Shown piece after piece: positions 25,964-40,590 of a stretch of 64,000 nt of DNA. The position numbers and the translations under genes were made by a program. Position 1 is the stretch's first letter; every line of letters begins with the position of its first letter. The notes beneath the pieces are model-generated. The model saw nothing but the letters and a program-made list of their open reading frames with translations. It did no database searches and was not told the origin of the DNA. The stretch comes from Callorhinchus milii (Eukaryota). Where the stretch lies: NCBI RefSeq assembly GCF_018977255.1, contig NW_024704742.1:122204001-122268000 (forward strand). Direction: 5' to 3'.

Positions 25964-28900
25964 TACTATTAACTAATTTAAGCATCAGCCTGGCTGAGTT
26001 GGTAGCACTCTCGCCTCCAAGTCATAAGATTGTGGGTTAAAACCCCACATTTGGAATTTGAACTCACAGTCTATACTGACAATTCAGTGATGCAATGTCG
26101 GAGATGCCACTATTTGAATGAAACTTTAAACCAAGGTTCCATCTGCCTGTTCAGATGAACACTATGATTCCAATAGTTTCCTGTGCATGTATCCGGGAGG
26201 GGGTGGTATTTATATAAAGAATCACAAAGTAGGAGTGTATTTTCCAATCGTAATGACATTTCCTGCTAATTAAAAGGGAGATGGTGATTTTAGCTGTCAA
26301 GGTTCCTGGACCAGCCAGGTGTAGCCTGGTGTGTAAATTACCCTGTGTTGCTGCCATTTGGGTTCCACTGTGTTTCTGCTAATGCAGACGCTTTAGAGTT
26401 GATTCTCCAAAGCTCGGTAAATGTACCAGGCTTTTCCGGGTGAGGATGGCGAGCTCTCCACTCGTCTGTAAACTTATAGGTTTTGACAGTGCAAGTACCT
26501 ATTGGAACAGCAATGAACAGGACCCCTGTCTGATTTGTCCTCTTCTCAGTTCAGGATGTTCAGGCCAATTTTGTCTCCCTGTGTCATGGCTAACAATCTG
26601 CCAGAAAAAAACAGCTAGTTACTCACTTCATTGCTGTTGATGGGACATTGCAAATTGGCTGCTATGTTTGCCTGCAAATGGACAGTCACTACATTTCATC
26701 ATTAAAAAAAAATCCTGTGAAGTGCTTTGGGACATCTCAACAATATGATAAGAGATTATCTCAAATGAAAGGATTACTATTATTCACTAGGACAATGCTA
26801 CAGATTGGGGGTTTGACCCCCAAAGGATCGATGAGTTGGGTCTATTTTCATTGGAACCGTGATGAGTGCAGGAAAATCTGAAAAAGATTTTTGACTTGGT
26901 GAGGGGTTTTGATAGAGCCAGTAGGAAGAAATTATTTTCGGTGATTGAGTGACAAGAGGGCATGAATTTAAGTTGATTAGCAAGGGAGAAAAGGAGAAGA
27001 TTAAGAGCAAAGTTTTTTACAGAGTTATCAGGATGTAGAATTTTCTGCAGGGTGCAGTAGCTGAGGGAACTAGATAGATATCTAAAAAGGAGAAATTTGC
27101 AAGGGAATGGGGGAAGTACAGATACATGGGACTAAATGGATTTCTCTTTCAAAGAGATAGTACAGATATGAAGGGCCTTCTTCTGTGTGTAAATTTCTAT
27201 GGTTAAGGAGTTGGTACTATTGAACTAAAATATAATGTATTTTCAACACTCAAAGTGCCTTGCAAATCCAATACCACTGTAACAACTCACTAGACTTCTT
27301 TAAAAGCAATATTCACAATGGGAGTCACAAGTAGCGACACTGCTGGTAACTGGGAATCCATCACTCCAACTCATGGGAACTTGGCTCTGTGATCTGGGAT
27401 GCTGTGCCGCAGATCAGCAGGACACACCTCCAGTTACTGCAATTTCAGAGTCATCATCTGCAAATCCTGTAACAAAGATTGAATTTTGAAGGGCATACTT
27501 ATGTAAAACTCTGTCTGGACTGGATACTCTTAAGCAGGTGATGGGTTCCTGCGTGTGTCTGACACCCGCCTGACAATTTTTGTGAAATATTAGAATCTCT
27601 TAATCTGTAGACCGGTGTATTGGAGAGGATTGAGAACACTAGATTGTAGCAGATTCCTGTTTTTTTGGGTTGGTGGGGATGAACACCAACAGTGTTTAAA
27701 CCAACGCCTGATATTTACTTTGCAACTTACAACACAATTACAATGCAATTAACACTTATAACATTAATAATCCTTGCATTTGATATAGCGCCTTACCATG
27801 TCATTAAGACGTTTCAAAGTGATTCACAGTATATATTATGTATTTTGTGGACGCAATGCAGCAGCCAATTAAACACAGCAGTGTCCCACAAATAATCGTG
27901 GATTGAGTGACAAGATTTTTTTTTGAGGGATTATTACCCCCAAAAAGCAATCTGCCAATCAACTAATCGGGTTACTATTTACTGCTTGGTAAACAGAAGC
28001 ACTTTTCACGTCGTGAAGACATCTCGGAGTGCTTCACGTGCTGGAAGGTACTTGAGCTGAGGGTGGGAGCCAAGGGGCATGAGGAGGGAAAAGATGAAAG
28101 TGTGGTCAGATAGGTACATTTTGAGATGTGCCTCGAAATACAGGAGGGAGTGAATCGGAGGGACTCAAAGATAAAGTTCCAAAGAAAAATGTGCATGAGA
28201 GCAATAACAACAAAATTATATTTGTAGAGCACCTTTCATGTCGGGAAGATGTTCCAAAGCGCTGCACAGTCAGTGTTTCGAACTGAGCTGGGGGTCAGGA
28301 GGCTCAGATTGAGCTTGGTACCAAACTGCAGTGCTATTCATATAGGCTCGTAACTCTGTCTATGGACCTTTTCACTCCTCCCACTCTGGCAGACAACTCT
28401 AGACTAACCCAATGGAGGAGGGGTGCTCCTATAGGCCACTAGCTGTCTCTGTGGCCAGTGGTTACCGATGCCTGCCTGCTATTCCTGGGGTTTCCCGAGG
28501 TCCTTGGAGCTGGCAGCCTGGTTCTACTGATCGATATGATGGCCGGTTGCCAATCTTGCCTTTCCCAGAGCATTTAGACTCAAACCAACACTGTGTGGAT
28601 CAACTAACCCCTTGCCCAGTCACCCTGCTCCCCAATCCCAGGACCCCAAAGTATTAAGAAACCTTGTGAAATGTGTTCTCATACAGCAGTGTAGCTCCTT
28701 GTCACTTAGGGAAGAACTCTGGAAACTAAGCGAAACAAATGACGTATAATCTTAAGTATAATGTGTGAATTGAGGAAGGAGTAATGAATGGATGAAGACT
28801 ATTGTGCAGTATAAATACTGGCACAAGCTAGTTGGCCTCTTTCCATGCTGTACATTATTTGTAATCTTTGTAACTACGCGCTGACTTTATCTTTAGTTGA

Positions 28901-30070
28901 TGAGTGACGATTTCCTAGACATAGTTGAACACTGCGCACACAGCGCAGCACAAGTAGTAAAAGCACACAAACTGTAATCTCTTTAATGCTTGAAATTGAC
29001 GCACAACATACCACCAAGTGCCCCAGAGCTTCACTTACTACTTCCCCACCACAGCAAGGCCAAGAACAAGGCTCGGAGAACAGTGCCAACAGCTTTCTGT
29101 CTTGATGCCAAAACCTGCATCTCTCCATTCTGGTCACCTCCCCCTCCTCCCTTTTCTCTTGCTCGCCATCTAACTCCACCACTGTACAGGCTCTGAGATG
29201 CTGTCCTCAATGAGGCACACTATAAAATTGTGAGCTGTTGTTCTAGAGTGCTACTCACGTAAGGATAACATCTCAGAGTGCTTCACAAAGGAGAAGTGGA
29301 AGAAGCTGAAGTTGGCCATAGGCACAGCCAAAGAGATGGGTTTGGTGGTTTTTAGGTGGGATTTAAAGACAGATAGAGAGAGGGCGAGACAGAGGTGTAG
29401 AGAGAGGTCATTCCAGTGGCTAGGGGCATAGTACTTGAGAGCCAATGAAACAAGAAAAATTTCTAAAACACAGCGACTACACTTTGTAGCAAATCCTGTG
29501 AAGTGCTCCGGGACATCCTTCCAAAAGGAAAGGCGCTATATCAAATGCAAGGAATATTAATATTATTGTTCATACCACCTCATAGACTGCTGGGAAAGGT
29601 AACATTCCCCGATTGACTATTGGATTGACTGGATGGACAGGGGCTCCTAAAACAGCTTGACATTGGTGGAACTCAACAAAGCACAGAACGCATGGCTATT
29701 TTTAAGTGAGGCTTATTTTGGAAATTATTTCAGAAATCCAGAAAATAACGGGAGCTCAGAAACAGTAATCAGAATATCTGAGCCGGAATAATGACAGTGA
29801 TTCTCCACTCTGGGAATGAAATGAAAGCCTTCATGTTCCAATCCATGATGTTAACGGAACCCTTTTTTATTTTTTTACCCCCTCTATAAGAAGTGAAAAT
29901 GTCAGGGTGTTCATTATAACCCAGTGATGCAGAAAAAAGAACATCTAGGTTGAAGTTCTCAGGAAAACCTCCCAAAACAAATGACCAATGATACACTGGA
30001 ATTTAAAGACTATTCAACTATGGAAGGCACAGCATTTGAGTCCTATTTTCTAATTCAACATCTATATCGT

Positions 30071-30379
30071 GGAGTCCTGTAGCTCAGTGGTTAGAGCACT
30101 CGCTTTGCAAGCGAGAGACCTGAGTTCAATTCCAGGCAGGGCGAAACCTTGAGCAAGTTTCCTTACTCCACACACCTAATAATAATCCCTCCAAAACCCA
30201 AAACAATAATAAATTGGTAATTTTCAATCTACGACTGTTTGTGGGACACTGCTGTGCGCAATTGGCTGCCCACAAATATACAGTCAATTCACTTTACAGT
30301 GTGTTCTGTGAAGCGCTTTCGGACGTCCTCCCGACGTGAAAAGTGCTATATCAAATGCAAGGATTATTATTATTATTAT
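30071..30379 (+). mobile_element. Full-length young tRNA(Ala-like, TGC)-derived SINE with an L2-type tail
   Basis: A box TAGCTCAGTGG, B box GAGTTCAATTCC, anticodon-like arm CTCGC-TTTGCAA-GCGAG, Deu-like core, tail GGACGTCCTCCCGACGTGAAA...(ATT)n. Confidence 0.92.
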
Positions 30380-31995
30380 ATCTGTGCAGGAGATGTCAGG
30401 TAGCGATCAGTAGTAGGACCCTTAGTTGGTTTCCTCCCTATCCCCCACGTAGCCACTTTTGGGGATGAAGACCAATTGTGATGTCCTTGCTGCTACCTTA
30501 GATGAGTTTAATTAATTCAGCACAGACCTAGCAGATATCAAACCAATTCTTGTCTGTATTGATTAGTGCTACATTGGACAATTGGGTTGAATAAAATGCT
30601 TTTCAGGAAAATAACAACTTTTATTTACATAGCATCCTCCATGTATGATAATGGCTCTGAGCACTGTACAGTGGCAGGGTGGACATCAAACAGGAGAAGG
30701 AGGGGGTCGAAGAGGAAGGTTTTCAATTGGGGTTCAAAGATAGATAAACAGAGGGTGATGCGGAAAGATTGAGGTAGGGAGATCCAGAGATTAAATTGGA
30801 CAGAGACATGAAAGAGGCCATTGGTTGCTGAGCACAGGTAGCAACTGAGGCAATGGGGCACAGGAGGTCACAGAGGTAGGGTGGGATGAGGCTGTGGAGG
30901 CATTTGAAGGTGAGGACGGGGATCTCAAATTCGATTCACCGAGGGATTGGGAGCCAGAGAAGCAGGTCTCGAAGACATGATAAGGCACTATATCAAATGC
31001 AAGGATTATTATTATTATCAAGAATAGGGATGATGGGTTTGTAGAGCCTGGTGCGGGAAAAGACTTGGACTCCTGCTGTGCTAAGATCTGGAATTCTATA
31101 CAGTAGGGCTGTGGTTTAGCAGATTAGAATTTTACTTGGGTATCAACTTGTGTGAAGTATTTATCTGGAGCTGACAATGTTTTAAGCACAATCCACTAAT
31201 GAATTGATATCACAGGCCGTAATGAAAGCAATCTGCTTGAATTCAAATCTGCAAGGCATGACGTAGCATATTGGCAAAGAGTTCTTACTCCCAGGAGGTA
31301 CGTATGTCTTCACGGAATAAAATCCCTGAGAGAATTTCACTAAAATAAGATGACGTTTTCTTACATCCATGCGGAATTGTGATGCATTTGCAATTATTTT
31401 AAATTGAAGCAAAAAATAAAATGTCCTGCTTTCATTCTCAGATCAACAGATCATATGAGAAAGAGCAGAAAGCTTCACTTTCTATTAATAACACTGTTCT
31501 TGGCAAATATTTTTATTGCATTCCATTGCAAACATAGATATACTTTTCTTTCCCTTTGAGCTCACAGGCTGGTACATCAGTGCACTGCTGGGGAGGTGTT
31601 GCATCATCGAAGGTGCTGTCTTTTAGTGGGATATTAAACCGAGGGGGAACATTACGGATGACACTATTCAAAAGAGTAAAAGGGTTCTCCTGGTATACTG
31701 GTATACCAGCGCCTTGGGACGTCCCCCGGCGTGAAAGGCGCTAAACAAATAATTTGTTGTTGTTGGTCTCTTCTTGTTGTTGTTTATAGGTCGTTGCTGT
31801 GCGGAAATTGGTTGCCATTTCACCTACAGTCACTGCACTGTACACTACACTCAATGTGTAGGTGGGATGCATGGAATTCTCAGTTTGGTTTGGATGCTCT
31901 GAAGCATGGTGATGGGTTTCCGCATGTGTTAGACACCCAGCCGACCAAACAAACAAGCAATGAGCAACAGCAGGCAATCAATTTCCATTCATATA

Positions 31996-33376
31996 ACACA
32001 ACAACAACAACAACAAAATTACATTTATAGAGCATCTTTCACGTCGGGAGGACATCCCAAAGCGCTGAACAGTCAGATGTCGGGGCCCGAGCATGGGGAA
32101 GGGGTGGTGTATTAGTGAGGGAAGGTAGAGAGGTGGGAGGGAGACCAAAGGCACGATCGAAGAGAAAGGAGACATGGAGCAGGCCGGAGCCTGATGAATG
32201 GAGGGAGCGGGCAGGTTGGTAGGGAGTCAGCAGGTCAGAGAGGTAAGAGGGAGCAAGGCCATGGATGGCCTTAAAGGTGAGGATGAGGATATTAAACTCG
32301 ATCCTTTGGGGGATGGGGAGCCAGTGGCGTCGGGCGAGGGTCGGAATGATGGGGTCACAGAGCCTGGTGTGTGAGAGTAGACGAGCTGCAGAGTTTTGGA
32401 TGATCTGCAGCTTGTGAAAGGAAAAGTTGGGAAGGCCGATGAGGAGGAAGTTCCCGTAATCGAGCCTTGAGGTGACGAATGCATGGGTGAGGGTTTCGGC
32501 AGCCTTTGGGGTGAGGCAGCTGCTGAGTCTGGCAATGTTGCGGAGGTGGTTGTAGGCAGTGCTGGTCATGGGGGAGAAAGGACAGTTCAGGGCCAAACAA
32601 GACACCTAGATTCCTGACTGGCTTAGTGAGGTTGAGTGTGCAGCCATGGAGGCTGATGCTGCCAGCGCCTGAGGTGCCGAGGCGCTGGCACGAGCCAATC
32701 AGGCACCGCCTCGGTCTTGCTGACGTTGAGTTGGAGAAAGTTGGCTCCTGTCCAGGACTTGATGTTGGACAGGCAGTCGGTCAGGACCTCAGTAGTCTTG
32801 GAGTTCAGAGTGGAGGCAGAGAGGTAGAGTTGGGTGTCATCCGCATACATGTGGAAATTTACCCCATGTCTGTGAATGATGTCACCAAGGGGGAGCATGT
32901 AGAGGGTGAAGAGGAGGGGACCGAGGACAGAGCCCTGAGACAGTGCGGGGGCTGGAGGAGAAACCGTTTGCCGCGACGAAGTGGAGGCGGTGTGAAAGGT
33001 AGGACCTGAACCAGTCAAGGATAGAACCTTGGGCAGCACAGAAACCTGATTGGAGGGGTTCATGGAGGGAATGAGGAGAGGAAAAAGCGAAGCTGGGAGG
33101 CAACGGCTCTCTCAAGGACCTTGGATAGGAAAGGGAGGTTTGAGATCGGCCGGTAGCTAGATAACTGTGATGGGTCGAGGGAAGGTTTTTTCAAGGTGGG
33201 GGTGATAGTGGCTGTTTTGAGGGGGGGAAGGAACAGTGCCAGATGATATGGAGAGGTTAATGATGTCGGCGAGTAGTGGAGCAAGTAGGTGGAGCTGGGA
33301 TATAAGGAGAGGGGTGGGGATGGGGTCAAGGGAGCAGGTGGTGGACTTCATGGAAGTTACCGTGTTGAAGACAGAG
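31996..33376 (-). mobile_element. L2 LINE with reverse transcriptase remnants and internal deletions
   Basis: [54 protein letters not shown] and RHWLP motifs; frameshifted. Confidence 0.95.
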
Positions 33377-33409
33377 GAGGGGCTGACAGGTTTCACATCA
33401 GAAGGGGAA

Positions 33410-34160
33410 ATGTAGCTGAAAGCAGGGTCAAAAGAGAAAGCTTTTAAGACAGGTTTTGAAGGTGGAAAGGAAGGGGCAAGGTGTTGGCACCCTGAGATCG
33501 AGTCCCAGATAGCAGGGCAGAGTGGCTGAAAACTTGCCCACGAATGGTGGTGGCCGTGTTGGTGGGGAATGTGAAGCAGGCTAGTGTTTGCTAAGTGGCT
33601 GGGACAGTAGGGATACAGGAGGCCATGGAAGTAGGATAGAACTGTGTGATGTGAGAATCCGGGCAGAGCCTGGTGCAGGAGAGGACACAGAATGGAAGAG
33701 TTCTGGATGGTCTGCAACTTGTGTAAACAGGAGTTGGGGAGACCAGTCAGCGGGGTGTTATAGGTGAGACTTAGAGGTTTTGAAGCCATGGATGAGCATC
33801 TCAGCAGCTGGGGGAAGAGATGGAGGCAGAGGAGATCGATGTTGCAGAGGTAAGGGAAAGCAGAGCAAGTGATGCAGGGTTTGGATGACAACTGCGGGAT
33901 GAACAAGACATTAAAGTTATGCACTGTGATATGGAGTGAGCTCCCAGGCATATTGATACAGGCAGCACCTGAGGTGAGAAGACACTTATGGGAGCGAAGC
34001 AGGAGAGCCTCAGGTTTGTCGACATTTAGCTGAAGAAAGTTACAACTCATTCAGGATATATGACAGGCAGTCAGTCAGAACAGCAGTGGTCCTGGAATCG
34101 AGGGGGAAAGGCAGAGAGAGAGCATTGGGTGGCATCCACGTTTTTGTGGAAATTGCTAGA
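33410..34160 (-). mobile_element. Older L2 fragment adjacent to the previous element
   Basis: MSCNFLQLNVDKPEALL...LHKLQTIQNS motifs, more diverged. Confidence 0.8.
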
Positions 34161-36649
34161 AGAGGCAGAGAATGAACCTATTTAGGCACAGTTTTGACCA
34201 AGGGCTTTTAGACTTTCTAGATATGAATTCAGAGCTGATCGTGTTGTAAAATTTCATGACACCAATTAATAAGTTGCTATTTCAAAATCGTGGAATAACT
34301 TTTCACATTTCAAAGTGTGACAAATTATATAGTAGGTGATTCTTTTACACACAACTTCCTTTGCAAACACATGGGCTTAGTACTGAATATTTATTAACTT
34401 TCTTCTGTTATTTGAGAATCTGTAAACGATAGGGTCAGCTTACTTATATTTCTGTTGATCTAGTTGAGGGATGTCAATGCTGTGAAATGTTTCAATGTTA
34501 GCCTGGCTCAGCTGGTAACACTCTCATCTCTTCACTCTCAATATTTCAATGCACTCCTGGGAGAGCGTTGCATTGTCAGAGCTGCAGTCCTTTGGATAAG
34601 CCGAGCCTCTGTGCCGAGTCAGATTAATATTAAATATCCCATTGTACTCTTCAAAAAGAGAAGCGAGTTCTTCCTGGTCAAAAATCCTCCAGGTAAACTA
34701 CAAGGGTATGGGGATAGACAGGTAAATGGGGTCTGAAGTGATTGTTCTTAAAAGAGTCAAGACAGACACACACCCTGCTTCAGTTCTGTGAAAAAAAAAG
34801 GCCATTCACTTCATTGACTGTTTGTGGGACATTGCTGTGCATAAATTGGCTGGCACTTTCTGCCCCAGATGCTAGACTTTAAAGAAACTCTGTGAAGCAC
34901 TTTAAGATATTTCAATGTGATAAGGTGGTACATAAATGCAAGGGCTATTATTATATTGAGGTCACTGAAGAGATGTCAATGCCAATGGTACATTTGTTCC
35001 AATGTCATTCACTTTACAGACAATGAGGTAATACACAATTCACACTAATACCTGACTGAAACAAGGAACAGCAACAGGTGCAGTGGTACAGCTGTGGAGC
35101 CTGGAAACCTTAGAGGCAATAGGTCAACAGCAAAGTTGGATGGAGGAAAAAGAACATGAAAATCCCAGCAGAAGAAATTGAAAGCATGCTCATTTACAAT
35201 ATAATTTACACTGATATCTCACCTTTCACAGTTTCTCTGTGCTGTACTTTCAATAGCCTGCTATGCAGGGTTTTTTCTTAGATCAATGCGGTGTTTGGCA
35301 CCTATGGAAACCCATCACCATGCTTAAGAGTATCCAAACCAAAAAGAGAGTTCCACGCATTACATCTATACATTGAAATTCCCAAGGTATTTATTGGAAT
35401 GGAATGCACACTCTCTCTTTGGAGGGATGCATCCTGTTTCCCTAATTCCAGAGAGCATTTGGCGCAGGTTGAAGTATCCTTGTAAAATTGGATTATGTTC
35501 AAGTGCAGTTGGTAAGGGCACAACACATATATTGTAGAGAGGCTACAGGTTTCTGGGCTGTTTCTCGGTGTATCGGAAAGACTTTTGGGAGTTTTAAATG
35601 TCTGTCTTGAATATCAAAGATATATTATTGCAAGGGCAATTTACAATTCTGTAGTGCCTTTCATGTTGGGAGCATATCTCAAAGCACTTCACAGGAGAAA
35701 GTGCTTTGAAATGTGACAGCACTGAAAGATAAGTCTTAAGGTGGCTTTTGAAGGCAAGCAGGGAAGATGGTGTTGCAGAAAGTGGGGTAGAATGGTTGAA
35801 AATTCACCCACTAATGGTGGGACAAAGCTTACAGACGACATGAGGAGAGGTGTTTACTGAGCGGGTGGAATGCCAGGGGCTAGAGACCCAGGAGGTTACA
35901 GAAGCAGACTGCGTCAAGGCCATGAAGTGATTCAGTTAAAGGTATGAGACAGAAAAAGAGAGAGTAGGTTGGGGATCATTTCTTCTTTTTTTCTTAAAAA
36001 ATGACTTGGAACTGACCAGTTGAATTACAGTTGTCCTTTTTTTTTAGTCCTGTGCATTCTTAAATTAATGTTTTTATTCTAGTCTCTAAGAGAATATTGG
36101 GGGGGGGGGAGAGGAGAAAATGGAAGAAAGATCTTCTGTTAGCCTGAAATCTGCTCAGTTTGCTCACAGCAATATGATTACCAACATTAGTGGTCTGAGA
36201 AATTTCATACCCAATCGTTTTCCTTAAGGACTTTGGTATTGACTCTTCACTGCATTGATCAAAACATGATGGCAGATTTAGTGTATTCAGAACCAATATT
36301 GTTAAAAGTAAACCTTTACTGTACAAAAAGCAATGTATTAAAGTGCAACAAAGTTTCTAAGTATATTTGCTGGCTTGTAAGCACCAAGATCCTTTAGAAA
36401 TAACAATCCTTGCAATTTGGTACAACACCTTAATAATAATAATAATTCTTGCATTTGATATAGTACTTTTCACATCTTCTAGACGTGACTTCGAGACTTC
36501 TCAAAGCGCTTCACCGAATAGACTGTAAAGTGAATTGACTGTATATTTGTTGGCGAAATGCGGCAGCCAATTGCGCACAGCAGTGTCCCACAAACAGTCA
36601 TGGATTGAAATGACCAATTTATTATTGTTTTTTTNGAGGGATTATTACC

Positions 36650-37052
36650 TTATACCATCATGATACTTCAAAGCACGTCACAGGATTTTACTGTAAAGTG
36701 TAGTGACTGTATTTGTAAATAAACATAGCAGCCACTTTGCACACAGCTGTGTCCCACAATTTTTTTCACAAACAGCAATGAAATGAATAGCCAATTTCAT
36801 CTGGGGAATTTGTTGGCTAGGGCATCAGGAGAAACTCCTTTCTCTTTTGGAGTTGTGCTGTGGGATGTTTAACATCTACCTGAATATAGAGATGGTAGAT
36901 GGTACCTCAATTTAACTCCTCATCTGAAGGATGACACCTCCAACAATACCGCACAGTCCCATTACAGCAGTGTCAGACTAGATCGAGTTCAATGTTCCGT
37001 TGTGGGGCTTGAATCACAAACTTCCGACTCAGAAGTGAGAGTGCTATCAGCT
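36650..37052 (-). mobile_element. Old SacSINE1/DeuSINE-like SINE (others at about 24747-25030, 39180-39575, 42925-43230, 45710-46090, 48357-48690)
   Basis: Reverse complement of the 9253-type head and core. Confidence 0.7.
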
Positions 37053-40018
37053 GTTACCAAATCAACTGCTCATGCAATAGAAAATGCACTGAAATATCTG
37101 GGCTAATATGCTCTATAGTGTTTCATTCACCTTGAAATTAATTACTCAATCCATTGTTTGCAGTGTGTGCTGTGCAGTCTCTTCCTGCTGCTGGGGCTTC
37201 TGAACTTTGTTGTGGAAAAATCCAGTTTGGACTCCTGGTTTGGCTTTAAATCACCAGGATAACTACACCTCTGCCTCTTCCAGCAGTGCATCCAGGGCAG
37301 GTCGTGCACTGATCTGGACACTGCTTTTCTTTCCTTCTTCCTGGAATTGTGTAAAACACTTTCCTTGACTTAAGCTGGTGAATAAACCAAATTTTCAACG
37401 AAATGAACTGCAAAAATGTTGCAAAAGAAATTTACAAATTGACAAGTTTTAGACTGATTTTTTTTTTAAAAATGGAGTTTTTCAGTTGCATCTCGGAATA
37501 TACATACCATATAAACTACTTGACAATATTTCCTTTTTCCTGTCCAAAATTTCTTAAATTAATTTCTTATTCTTGTCTATTATTTGTGTACCTTGCTATT
37601 TTTGTGATGTGGTGATGAATTATCAGTCTTAACTAAAGTGCAGCACTCTGATTGAAACTATTTTCACTGCCATTTAATGACTCATTAACAGGGCAAAGAT
37701 TTCAAGAAGTGAACCAGAGGAGAGTACTATAGACGACGATAATAAGCCTTGCTTTTAATACAGAGCCATTCACCTCAGGAGCATGTCTGGAGGACTATAG
37801 TACTACATGTGCATTATCAGCACATTGGGACATCCTCCTGATGTGAAAGGTGCTTTACAAATGTAATTATTGTTCGTTGTTGCTGCGGACTGACTTCTGG
37901 CTGTTACAATCAAATAATGGTCTTTTGAAGGGAATTGGTGAATAAGATTCTACTAAATGATTGTAGTGAAAGTGAACCTCTCCCTAAATGTCTTTCCTCC
38001 CACCCCCACTACGTCTCTCTTCCCAATCTCCTCTATGTCTCTCCTCCCAACCACCCCCATCCGCTACTCCCCCTCTGTCTTCTCTCCCACCACCCTCCCT
38101 GCCTTCTCTCTCTCCTCGACCCCATCACCACTTCCCTCTGCTCCAGCCTGGGCATCCTCCGCTGGGCCCATCGTGGCTCCCAGCACTGGCTGTCCCAGAG
38201 CAGCAACCCCACGTTTCTCTCTGCTGAAGACCATTCTTTTCGACCGCACCTTTGGTCACCTTTCCACCCCTCCCCCTGGCTCGGTCCCAGGATCCGAAAC
38301 TGTAAAGCGCTCTGAGACGCCGTCCGGCGTGGAGGGCGCTATATAAATCCAAGTTGTTGTTGAGTAATAATGATAATAATCCTTGCATTTGATACACAGT
38401 GCCTGCAAGTCAGAAGATGTCTCAAAGCGCTTCACAGGATTTAGTGAGAAGTGTAGGAACTGTATTTTGTAGGCAAACATAAAATAAACTACATTATATA
38501 ATCTTAACACCCCACTGTTCATAGACTTTTGTAGCTGCATAGAAAAGTATCACTTTCTGGTCATAAAGGTTAAACAGAAAACTTAGGTTATAAAAATAAA
38601 AAAGGGAGGAGGTAGCCATGATGAATGGAACTTTGTGTGCTCAAGGAGCAATCTTTATAGACATTTGGTAAACTTAGTTGTTTGTTCACTGAATACTTAG
38701 ATCCAATGATGTAATCTGGACTAATATACATCATTCCATTCCAAACTGATTGTGCGCTTATGTGACAGAATCACAGTGTGGGTGTGACTGGTTTCTTTTT
38801 CTGTGCACAAGAAGATTGGGGTCCAGTTCTTAACAGAATTTGTGAATACAGAATCTGAGTTTACATAAAATGGAACTTTTTCCTGTTACTGAACATGTGT
38901 CATGGTGATTCACCGGAACTGTGCTCCAGCAACTCCACCCGCAAAGTTGAGTTCCCGCAATTCACTGCAAGAAATCCCATTAAATACAACAAATTCAGCT
39001 CCATACATCTCTTTAACGCCACCTGTACAATGAAATAACAGAAACAAATTGCTGCTGCTCTCGTCTACAAAATACACAGTCACTAACTCTGCAATATATC
39101 TGTGGAATGCTTTGAGAAGTCTTCCCGACATGAAAGGCACTATATTAAATGCAAGGATTATTATTAATGTTTGAAAATAATGATAATCTTTACATTTGAT
39201 ATAGCATCTTATCACAAGGTTGAAAGGACTTATTGAAGAGAGTAGTGACTGTGTATTTGTAGGCAAATGCAGCAGCCAATTTGTGCAAAGCATTATTTCA
39301 CAATGAATGATCAATTTCATCTGGAAGGCTGTTGGCCAGGGCACCACAAGAAACTCCCTTCCCTTTTTGACTCTTGCCAAGGTGGAGACTCTTTAATGTC
39401 CACCCAAATAGATAGATTGGGCCTCAATTTAACATTTACTCTGAAAGCTGACACTTCTGATAATGCAACGTTCCTCCAGCACTGCATTAGGTTGTCAGCC
39501 TAGGCTGTGAGTGACCAAGATCTTGAACTCACGTCTGAATGAGAGGCAAGAGTGTTACCAACTGAGCCAGCTAACACCTGAAAAAAAGGCTGGTGGCAGA
39601 ATAGTCTCAGATATTGATCTCAGTAAAGTTTACATCTTTCTTGGGTTATGGTACAGTGCGGGTTACATTACACTGGCAGACAGCTTCACTGCCTATTAAA
39701 ATTGTCAAGGCCTGCTTGAGGTGGAAGAAGTTCAGGCTGAAGGTTCAAGGTGAAGTTATCAGCCACTTGATGCAGGTGATGTTGGGTAGTGAGAGCTCCA
39801 AAGAATATTCTGCATTTTCTCTGTTGATAACCAGTCCAAGAACTTGGTCTAACTTGCTTACTCAATTAGCTGTTTGTGGGATATTGCAATGCACAAATTG
39901 GCTGCCTACAAAAAATACACACTACATATTACATTGAATCCTGTGAGGTGCTTTGAGACATCCTCCTGATGTGAAAGGTGCTGTATTAAATATAAGGAAT
40001 ATTATTACTGTACTATGC

Positions 40019-40590
40019 AGCATGCTTGTCGACCTTCCCAATTCCTCCCTCCACAGGCTGCAGATACTCCAGAACTCTGCAGCCCGTGTCCTCTCCCGCA
40101 CCAAACTCCGTGACCCCATCTCCCCCATTCTTGCCCAACTCCACTGGCTCCCTGTCCTTCAGAGGATCCAGTACAAAATCCTGGTCCTCACCTACAAAGC
40201 CCTCAATGATCTCGCCCCACCTTATCTCTGTGACCTCCTAACGCCCTACCAACCCGCCCGCTCCCTCTGCTCAGCCGGATCCGGCCTGCTCCACGTTCCC
40301 CCGACCCACCCGCCCCACCATTGGCGGGAGAGCGTTCAGCCACTCTGCCCCCAAACTCTGGAACTCCATCCCTCAATCACTCCGCCTCGCCCTCTCCTTA
40401 GCCTCCTTCAAGTCCCGCCTCAAGACCCTCCTTTTCGACCATGCCATTGGTCATCCCCCTTCCCCTCCCTTCTCCCCCCCCCCCCCCCCGACCCCAGCTC
40501 GGGTCTGAAATGCTGTACACTGTCCAGTGCCTTGGGACGTCCTCCCAACGTGAAAGGCGCTATACAAATGTAATCTTGTTGTTGTTGTTA
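40019..40590 (+). mobile_element. L2 LINE 3' fragment
   Basis: LPNSSLHRLQILQNSAARVLSRTKLRDPISPILAQLHWLPV; (TTG)n tail. Confidence 0.93.

Noticed and set aside
27285..27467. Exon-like minus-strand segments (also about 14470-14830 and 37150-37375) as possible upstream MTFR1 exons
   Set aside because: The frames I translated hit stops or show no MTFR1 similarity.
30071..30145. tRNA-Ala-like gene (also 41820-41896, 49084-49150, 51750-51826, 58517-58590)
   Set aside because: Each continues directly into a SINE body and tail and lacks a proper acceptor stem; these are SINE heads.
1840..36635. Single N bases at 1840, 24391 and 36635
   Set aside because: All follow T runs and reflect homopolymer uncertainty in the assembly. 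Not biological, but a caution for poly-C counts near 55.6-56.9 kb.
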